Shown: piece by piece, positions 54,486-64,000 of the stretch
Layout of the letters: each line of letters begins with the position of its first letter
Position numbering within the stretch: the stretch's first letter is position 1
Source of the DNA: Octopus vulgaris
Taxonomy: Eukaryota
Length of the DNA stretch: 64,000 bases
NCBI GenBank assembly: GCA_951406725.2
Contig: OX597826.1
Location: 55,118,001-55,182,000, forward strand
Direction of reading: 5' to 3'
Notes under the pieces: model-generated
Told to the model about the DNA's origin: nothing
Databases searched by the model: none
What the model saw: only the letters and a program-made list of their open reading frames with translations
Position numbers and translations under genes: made by a program

Positions 54486-55199
54486 AGACGAATAAAAAGA
54501 GGAAAGAAAAAGAAATAGTACTAACAAAGATAATAATACTAATAATGACAATAGTAATTCTTCGCATTTATTTGCCACAAGGACTCATGTATTCAAAACG
54601 AGTTACATGACTTAAGGTGATGCAAACACAGTTACACAAAAATTACCAACGAGGAATGAAAAACTAAATCATTAAACAATGTATCATGGAAGATAGTGGT
54701 TTGAAATTTTGAAACAAGGCCAGCAAATTCAGGGTAGTGGTTAAATCCATTACACTGACTCCCCTCCCACGCATGTGCTTATCTAGTACTTGTTTTATTG
54801 ACGCTGGAAGGAATGCAATGTAAGGTCAACCCCGGTGGAATATGAATTCCGCTAAGAATTTTGCCCCCGGCGTGCTAATAATTCTGCCGGTTTACCGCCT
54901 TATATTACGGAAAATATTTTTTTAAAATTGCAATAAAATATACTTAAACAAGTAAAATATCCATCTATCGATCTCTCAACGTATATATATATATATGTGT
55001 GTGTGTTTGTGTGTATGTATGTGTGCGTATGACTCTGTGTGTGTGTGTGTGTGTGTGATTAATAAAAATACTTGGAACTTGTGCACACGCGAGCAAGAAG
55101 ACAGCATCAAAGATATTAGATCGGATCACTCCTCAACTCTATCCAAATGTCGTCCCACATCAGATCCCACCTCTCCAACCCACCTAACACCTGGTTCCA

Positions 55200-56400
55200 T
55201 TTTCCTTCTCTCATTTCTGTCAATCTATCCATGAATTCATCAATGCCTTTTCGGAGATGTGTGAATTTATTCCACTCTGGATGTGGAGATTTCATCTCCG
55301 TATATCTTACTTGGCTTTGTTATCGACTCGCCTTTTACGTCTCTATAATTTTATGATATTGCTACCGCTTTCCATCCCCTCTTGTACAGCCATTCACTGA
55401 AGATGTTATAATGTATTCCTTCCCATAGCCACTGCCTAGCTCTGCAATGACAAAAATGCGATTTTTGTCGCAATTCTAGGTGCTGAGATAAGTGGTGGCC
55501 TGGACACTGTTTCACTCGGCACTTGCTGGTGATATTTGCTCCCTCTGCTGTTAAAAATAGAAATCTTTAATGCAATCTTACTGACACACTCGTAAAAAAA
55601 CTTGATATTATATCCTGCGTCAACTCTCTGATTGCTTTCATTTTCTGTCCCCGCGATGCTGTTCAACTCTGTGAAAGGCAAGTAGTAATTGTAGATCATA
55701 TGAACCAGTACATACAAGCATACGACTGCCAACTACATGCTATTGCCTGTCACCTACGCTTTTAACACTTGCCCGTAAAACTGACGACGAATAGATATTC
55801 AACATTCATACAAGTTATGTACGTCTCATCATATTTTCTTTTTCAAGTGGCCGTAAACGAGGTGTGTTTTGTAAAGCTGCACCAAGAATCTCTGCCACCC
55901 ATGGACTTAGATTCTGAATTCCATGCTGTATGCGTTTTTTTAATAACATTAATGTAGCTGAATATTCTTCTATAGAGAGAACGAGAAAATCTCTCGAATA
56001 TAACATCTGGTATGGCTTGTTCTGCTATGCAAAGGGATCACAATTGCTAATGTTTTTCATATATGACAGCACCAGTGTTTGTGAGCGCCTGTTTTGTCAT
56101 CTGCTTACAAGTCTTGAAAAGCCAGCGTTTCAATATATCAAGCACTGCCTTTTACACGATATTCCTTTGACAGCATAAGAAAGACCCTCTTCGTTTTCCG
56201 AGAAGAATCAGTGTGTCGCATTACTTTTAACTCATTTCATGATGAATTCCTCGGGCAAGGACGCACTTCCTCTTGCAACGTGATTCTCCCACATTTTAGC
56301 ACGGCAATGTACCCATGTTCAGCGATTCCCTCTTTTTTCTTGTGTAACACTTGAAAAGCAAATTTATCACAATTGATACTGCGGTTCTTTAATTGTACTT
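55200..56400 (-). mobile_element. Possible ancient LINE (RTE-like) RT relic
   Basis: Minus remnant DL*ADD (56095-56112, YADD-like) followed downstream by coding-like decayed sequence. Not otherwise verifiable. Confidence 0.3.
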
Positions 56401-56767
56401 GTCTAATGGTTCTCTGGTTGTTCAATTTTTATGGCTATTTCTATACTTCTGGGGTTTTTTTTAGATTTCTTAAGAGGTATATTTTCTTAGGATTTTTGTG
56501 AGCGCTTCCCCTAACAACCCTTCAGTGGACTCCATTGATACAAATACTTTCAAAATTATCAAACAGCAAAAAAAAAAAAGAATCTTTAAAAGAATCTTTG
56601 CTTCACCCAAAGGAGTTGAATTCACTAGACAAAAATTGTAATCTTTCACTATCACTCTTCCACATAACACAACACGCACACACGTAAAAAATTCTTCCAA
56701 TTTGAAAAGGAGTCTCATGATGTTTTCAAGACCAAGCATTTTCGTATAAGAATGAATACTCGGCACG

Positions 56768-56829
<62 letters not shown>

Positions 56830-57039
56830 CATAATAATAATAATGATAATAATAATAATAATAATAATAATATATTTTTCCTTTTTTCCTCTTTTTCTCT
56901 CTGTCTTTCTTCTCAATTTTCTCTATCACATGATCTTGTAAATGAACAATCCGGTGTCTTTATTTTAATGGCCTACCTAGGTGTCAGGAAGGTACCCGCC
57001 AAGAAATGGAAACAAAATTGAAAGAAAATGATAATGATG

Positions 57040-57868
57040 ATGTAGCCACATCAGAAGTTGTTGGAAAAAATAGGTGGGATTGGCTGATGAAAGTAAATAT
57101 AAAAGAGAGACTTAAAGCATTATACTGGTATTTAGGGACCAAGCTTTGGGTCAACCTTAGGAATGAGCAAGTGTCTCCGCTGTGCCACATCTGCAATAAA
57201 GTGGATGAAACCATTGCCCATATCACGAACAAATGCACTAGACTTGCTCCAAACCATAACAAGTAGCGATACGACCAGAGAGCGAAGGTGCTACATTAGA
57301 AACTGTGCAAAAATTTGGGTGGTAGGGACTAGAGAGAGGCAAAACGTAGTATGTGCACAAACCGCAGAGAATGGCGGAGTCGGAGACTAGCAAAATCCTC
57401 TGGGATTTCCAAATCCAAACATCGAGTGCTAGAGCATAACAGACCAGATCTAGTGATGGTGGACAAGGTGCAACACATATGCTATATAGTTGATGTTGCA
57501 TACCCCGTTGACCCCCGAATAGTCAAGAAGGAAGGCGAAAAGATTGATAGATACAACCCACTTAAGTACGAAATAGCCCGGCGATGGTTAATGAAGAAGG
57601 TGAAGATACTGCCAATTATTGTTGGGTCCTTGGGAACAGCATTAGAAGGTATCAAGAGGAATATAAAGGAAATTGGAATAAAGTGCTCAGTAGAATTGTT
57701 ACGAAAGGTTTGCCTCCTTGGCACAGCCAAAATAATCAGTATTAGATAGCTGAAAAGAACGAATCGCATGGTACCGTAGGTAGCAGGTAGTAAACTCGCT
57801 ACGCATGCAAGACTCCAAGAGCTCTAAGAAAACCTGTGATAAAGAGATAATAGTAACAATAATGATGA
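57040..57868 (+). mobile_element. R4/Dong-like non-LTR retrotransposon 3' end (CCHC knuckle, RLE, 3' UTR)
   Basis: CHICNKVDETIAHITNKC; ILWDFQIQT; HNRPDLVMVDK..IVDVAYP..KEGEKIDRY..ILPIIVGSLG. Nucleotide similarity to 28370-28720; degenerate (AAT)n tail. Confidence 0.92.
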
Positions 57869-58589
57869 TTTGTGTGCAGAATGCCAAGAATTTTGAGAGT
57901 TTATTACTCGATGGCAATACTCGAATGGTTGTTTATTTCGATGACCTTAAAAGAAAAAAAGGCAAATTTGACCCGAAAAAATACTGCAAGATATTTTTGG
58001 CGAATTTTCAGCGATTGCGTTAGCCCTTCGCTGTATATATTTATATGATATATTTTTGTAGCTTTTGTTTAGTCGTTATTGAAATATAACCCATCATATT
58101 TTCGTTCAAAAAGAAGTTCTAACTGTGACCATCACGTCTTTTCTTCTTTAAACTTTAAATAACTTCGATCACATTATCTAATATGTTTTTATACTGAATT
58201 ACAAGAAAATCTGGGTAGTATTTCTAGCAGCATCTGCAACCATGTAGTGACACACTCGTTGTCTCCTTACGTAATGAAATTCTGCTGATGATTAGATTAA
58301 CTAAATACAAGTAGTTACATAACCAGCCAACGGCACACGTCCCCGAAAGCTACGACGCCCTAGACACATATGTATATTTAATTGATTCCTTCGTTGGGTT
58401 TAAATTAGATGTTAAATTATAAATATTAGATGCTTCATAACATTTACCAGTCGCTAACATTGAAATAGTAATCTCGGGGCATATTTCATATTGAATCTTA
58501 TAATTTAGAATTGCTAAATTATAGTACATCCCCGTGTACAATCGTATGAGTGTATGTGTGTGTTTGTTCGTGTGTGTGCGTGTGTACAG

Positions 58590-58620
<31 letters not shown>

Positions 58621-58687
58621 TATTTTCATACATGCATATACATATATACAGAGAAATATACCTTCATATATAAACGTACATATATGC

Positions 58688-58722
<35 letters not shown>

Positions 58723-59214
58723 TGTATATGCATATATAGATTTACATACATAAATGCATACATAGATACATACACGAGCATTAATTTATAATTTGCAAAT
58801 GAATAAATGCACACATACATCGACTTGCCATCTCTCAACCGTCTTGTGTGCGTACATACACACAAATAGGCATGCACGCAAACATACATAGAAACATATA
58901 CACATACATACATACATACACTCATGCATGCATGTATGTATGTATAGACATATACACAAATAGATACAGTTGCAATGATAAATAACTTGGCTGTTAAAAT
59001 TGCTAGGAAAATTTCTGAATATTACTATAATTATCTGGAGTCAAATACAGAATTAAATTAAATTAAATTTAATTTCAGTTTTTAAACTCATAAGTAACAT
59101 CCTATGAAATGTTATTAATATTTTGAAATTTGTTTATTATTTCCAAACTGTATATTTGATGCAATTTTCGTCATCATTCGCACCAACATCGTCATCGGCG
59201 TGCGGTTATCCCCG

Positions 59215-59279
59215 ACGTCATCATCGTTGATGACATCATCATCATCATCATTATCATCATCATCATCATCATAACTATT

Positions 59280-59357
<78 letters not shown>

Positions 59358-59526
59358 GTCATCATCATCTTCATCATCATCGTCATCGTCATCTTCATCA
59401 TCATCATCATCATCATCGTCATCATCATCTTCATCATCATCGTCATCGTTATCACCACCACCATCATCATCATCATCTTCATCATCGTCATCATCGTCAT
59501 CATCATCTTCATCATCATCGTCATCG

Positions 59527-59558
<32 letters not shown>

Positions 59559-59565
59559 GTCATCG

Positions 59566-59601
<36 letters not shown>

Positions 59602-59730
59602 CTACCCCCACCACCACCACCACCATCACCATCATCATCATCATCATCATCATCATCACTATTATCATCATCATCACCACCACCACCACCACTATCATAA
59701 TCATCATCATCATCATCGTCATCATCATCG

Positions 59731-59764
<34 letters not shown>

Positions 59765-59828
59765 TGTCATCATCATCTTCATCGTCATCGTCATCGTCAT
59801 CGTCATCATCATCATCATCATCACCACC

Positions 59829-59862
<34 letters not shown>

Positions 59863-59896
59863 TCATCACCACCACCACCACCACCACCACCATCAT

Positions 59897-59930
<34 letters not shown>

Positions 59931-59937
59931 GTCATCA
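59215..59937. repeat. About 720 bp of degenerate (CAT)n microsatellite
   Basis: Directly visible. Further (CAC/CAT)n, (AAT)n and (GAA)n at 60220-60675. Confidence 0.95.
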
Positions 59938-60314
59938 ATATGACTTCCGTTGTTGTCGCTTTCGTTTTCATCTTTGTCAACACCTTCGTCGTTGCTGTCG
60001 CAGCCGCCGCTAATCCTATCTTCTCCGGTGTCACCGCCAATTATAGCGTTGCCATTAACTCCTTCCTAACCATAATCAGCATATTCATAATGATGATCAC
60101 CGTCCAAATTGCTGCCGCTATTATTATTATTATTCTCCTCCTCCTCCCCGTCTTCATCCTACTCCCTCGCGTTTTTCCTCCTCCTGCTCCTTCTCTTCTA
60201 TCCACTCCTCATCCCTCTTTTCATCATCGCCATCATCACAATCATTATCATTATCACTACTACCACCACCGCCACCACCACCACCACCACCACCACCACC
60301 ACCATCACCACCAC

Positions 60315-60354
<40 letters not shown>

Positions 60355-60525
60355 GTCGTCGTCGTCGTCGTCGTCATCATCATCATCATCATCATCATCG
60401 TCATCTTTATCATATGACCATTACTAATATCGTCGCAGTGAACTTAGAAAATTAGTCACAAATTCACTTTAAAATAAGATGTGGCTTTCATTTCAATTAC
60501 ACATTTGTTATTTGGAGCCGCGTGT

Positions 60526-60591
<66 letters not shown>

Positions 60592-61816
60592 GAAAAAGAA
60601 GAAGAAAAAGAAGAAGAAGAAGAAGAAGAAGAAGAAGAAGAAGAAGAAGAAGAAGAAGAAGAAGAAGAAGAAGAAACTCTATAATTTGTCATAGGAGTAC
60701 TAAATAAGGGAGATATTGCGACGCGTGTATAGAATTTGTGCTCCTGTTTTCATATAAGACGAAGGGATGAAATGAGATAAATATATACATAGTATACAAA
60801 ATACATGTGCAGTGTTATAATGCAGTGCTCCGGATTTTCGAAATACTCCGAATAACGCTAATCAAGGCGTCCCAGAGTTACATGTCAATTCTTACCACCA
60901 GGGGCGCAAATCATCACCCGACTGTTACTCTCCAATTTAGAGGTCCGTGCTGAGATTAAGTTCAACCACTCGAACAAATTTTGCCTCAGTCACCCACTAT
61001 TGGACAAATTAACTGAGAGGTAACTCTTTCCTCTGCATCTTCGCTTTCCATACCAAATTAATGGATTCAAATTTTGGCGCAACATCAGCAAGTTAAGCAG
61101 AGTAGGGTCTTTGTCAAGTACCACAACCGCAGTACCTGTTTGGTACTTTATTGTCGATCTGTCTCAAACTTACAGACAAATGACAAAGTCTTGCAATGAT
61201 TCAAGGCTGAAAGTACAAGCCTCTTTTGTGAACGAGAGGATTGTCAGGCGCAAGGCTACTGCTTAGGAGCGACTGATACTCATTTTCAGCTGAGTATATT
61301 GAGGCAAGAGAGTTTATGAATGATAGGAAAGTTTGGAGAGTGTTTGTGGACGGATGAGTGTATTTGATGATGCTTAATTGGGTACGGAACCAGCATATGC
61401 TGTCGGGCTCCGCTGTTGATATTGGGGGTTGCGTTCTATGCCTAGACCGGAGCATAGAACGGGACTTGTCTCTTTGAACTGAGAAATGAATGCAATGCCT
61501 GGTGTTTGTCTTGTTGTGGCTACCCCCTCCTAAAATATGAGGAATAGGCCTGGGTGCATATAAAAAATATATATTGTTCCAAACAAGAACACATCAGTCA
61601 GTGGCCGGTGTCAGAATCCAAACCTTGTACAGACATCTGTAAAACAAAACTATTAACAACTTGATTATGATAGATAGTGATATACAAATACAACACAATA
61701 CAGGGCCAAGGGTTCCAACATAAAGGTCAGAAATATGGTTTCAAGATATTACTCCAATATCCGCTAAAATAAAACTTAATATAATGTTATGTTATATAAT
61801 ATGATTAAATATAATA

Positions 61817-63121
61817 TAGGGTGCGTAAGATATTTGAGGACAGATTTATGTTTATAAAAAACAGATAAAACAACAGATAATAACGCTATTTATCAAAAAA
61901 TGTGATGAGGATATAAATAAACCTTCTTTTCTATAATCAGAAATATTAAATTTCTAAATCTCTCATAGAGATATGTACGGTGGTGACAGTATACAACCAT
62001 TCTTTTCTATAATGTTATTCACTAAAGCCATCTTCAACTTCAATAACTACTTCTATATGAGATCTAAATCATCTACATGCGCAAATCAAGTGGTCCTGGT
62101 TTATTTTGGACATTTTGTTGTTATGGGTACGTTCATTGACCTCTCTCTCAACAACGCATGTAATAGTCCAATGGATTGAGATCAGGGGAATTAGGAGACT
62201 AAATGTTAGGGGTTATGTGATCACAAAAATTTTCAGCCATCCATTCCTGTGTTAGTAGAGCTATGTGTGATAGTGCAGAGTCTCACTGAAGCACATATGG
62301 CCTTCAATTGCATACACTGTCTATCCAGGGCTAAACAATTGTTTCCAGGACCTCAATGTAAGTAGAAGAGTTAACTCTAAGGCCTTGTAGAAAGAAATAA
62401 GAAGGCGTCACATGTCCTTCATTGCTGACAGCCCCGAAAACCATGGCGGTTGTTGGAAATTTTGTATGTAGTAACATTTGGAACTTCAGAAGGGTCGGCA
62501 CGTATCGTTCTGTCATTTCTTCTCTAAACATTTTTGATCTTGATCGAAGTGTTTCTCGTTTGAGAAAAAAACAAATCAAATCTTCTGCTGGATTTTTCAA
62601 TTGATTTAAGAGGCTTTTAGATCTGATGTAGTTATGTTAATTTTGCTTTTTTTTTTACACAAATTTACCTTTCCTCATCCTATAAGACTTATATCTTATG
62701 TCTTCGTGGACAACATGTCTGATTGTTCCTTCTGAAACATGGAGATCTTTTGCAATTGACCTCATGGAGTTTCTGGGATTGTAATCAACGGGCTGTAGAA
62801 CTTGCTGCATAAACTGAGATATTCTGATAATTTCGGAGCGTTTAGAATGATTTTTATGCTTTGATACTGGTGATACGTTTTCATCTTCAGTTTCTAACTC
62901 CTTGCGAACTTTGTGGACGAAAGATCAGGCAACTTTTAAGAATCAGGATATTTCTAAATCGCTATACTCAGACTTTATAACCTCGATAATAGCATGTCTC
63001 TTCATTTCTTGAGGAAGCTAAATGTCTGCCAGTATTATTTTCTGAAACAAAGATTATACAGTGTTAGCAAAAATGAAACAATAACCCAAAAAATGTGTCT
63101 TCAATTACCATTCGGACCCCG
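61817..63121 (-). mobile_element. Full-length decayed Tc1/mariner-superfamily transposon of maT/DD37D type
   Basis: Degenerate 31-bp TIRs (22/31 identical) with TA at 61815-16 and 63122-23. Length 1305 bp. Confidence 0.82.
62015..63030 (-). pseudogene. maT/DD37D-like transposase pseudogene
   Basis: KRHAIIEVIKSEYSDLEI..FVHKVRKEL; FFSNEKHFDQDQK; TKFPTTAMVFGAVSNEGHV; YIEVLETIV*PWI..YVLQ*DSALSH..TQEWMAENF..SPNSPDLNPLDY. Confidence 0.88.
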
Positions 63122-63130
63122 TATAATTTA

Positions 63131-63202
<72 letters not shown>

Positions 63203-63207
63203 TCTAC

Positions 63208-63263
<56 letters not shown>

Positions 63264-63311
63264 TTATCCATCCATCTATCTATCTATCTATCTATCTATT
63301 TATCTACCTAT

Positions 63312-63345
<34 letters not shown>

Positions 63346-63433
63346 GGGGGGGGGTGTACGTATATATGTACAAGAATATATATGCATATATATACGTGTA
63401 TGTATGCGTATGCGTATGTATATCTGTATATTT

Positions 63434-63464
<31 letters not shown>

Positions 63465-63659
63465 GACATGTACATATATATACATATATGTATGTATGTA
63501 TATATATATATATGTGTGTGTGTGTATGTGTGTGTGTATGTATATATAGTGTGTATCCTTACTAGACGTGTGTCTGTAAACATTACACTTGTCACATGAC
63601 CTTTCTAAAGGCTGAGATATTTGAATATAATTTTCTAGAAATAAGCGTAATATATATCT

Positions 63660-64000
63660 ACGCTTAGCCCTATCTGTAAAATTAACGCTGACCCTAAATA
63701 TTAAACGCAGCTGTAAACCCTATCCTTAACATTAAGCTCGAAAGCAAAAGCCTCATGTAAACCATAACTCGAGACCTTAACGTCTAAACCTAAAACCTAT
63801 ACCGAAATACCAACGCTCTGCTAACTCTAAAGATAAATTCCATCATGACACTAAATCTGAGTAAGAAATGTAACTCTAACTAGAAAACTAAAATCCCTAA
63901 CTCTAATCTCTAAAGCTAGACCAAACAGTAACTCGAAGTCCAGAGCATAATCCCTAAGTATTTACTCCAACCCTAAACACCAAGACTAAACCTTGAGTTT
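63660..64000. repeat. Degenerate CCCTAA/CTCTAA-rich (telomere-motif-like) tract
   Basis: Scattered ccctaa, accctaaa, ctctaa and cctaaa hexamer variants running to the window edge. Confidence 0.5.

Overview
Eukaryotic, very AT-rich, repeat-saturated, apparently intronic or intergenic DNA. The microsatellite load and SINE families suggest a cephalopod (Octopus-like) genome; that assignment is an inference. I find no intact host protein-coding gene, and nearly all listed ORFs are translated microsatellites. Mobile-element debris: two mariner (DD34D) relics, one maT/DD37D-type element, a possible pogo relic, a non-autonomous Helitron, several R4/Dong-like RLE non-LTR fragments, two Penelope-like (GIY-YIG) fragments and at least four tRNA-derived SINE families. 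The most notable content is type I hammerhead ribozymes (HHRs). (1) A near-identical 5.9 x 396-bp tandem array (40578-42901) carries one minus-strand HHR per unit and looks like a non-LTR retrozyme / circular-RNA multimer. It is inserted in (TA)n next to a Penelope endonuclease fragment. (2) A dispersed fold-back element family has long inverted arms enclosing a central HHR, with a conserved core but differing stems between copies (18855-19535, 30800-31176, 31943-32452). (3) Further minimal or degenerate HHRs occur in Penelope pLTR-like repeats. All folds were read by eye; no activity has been shown.
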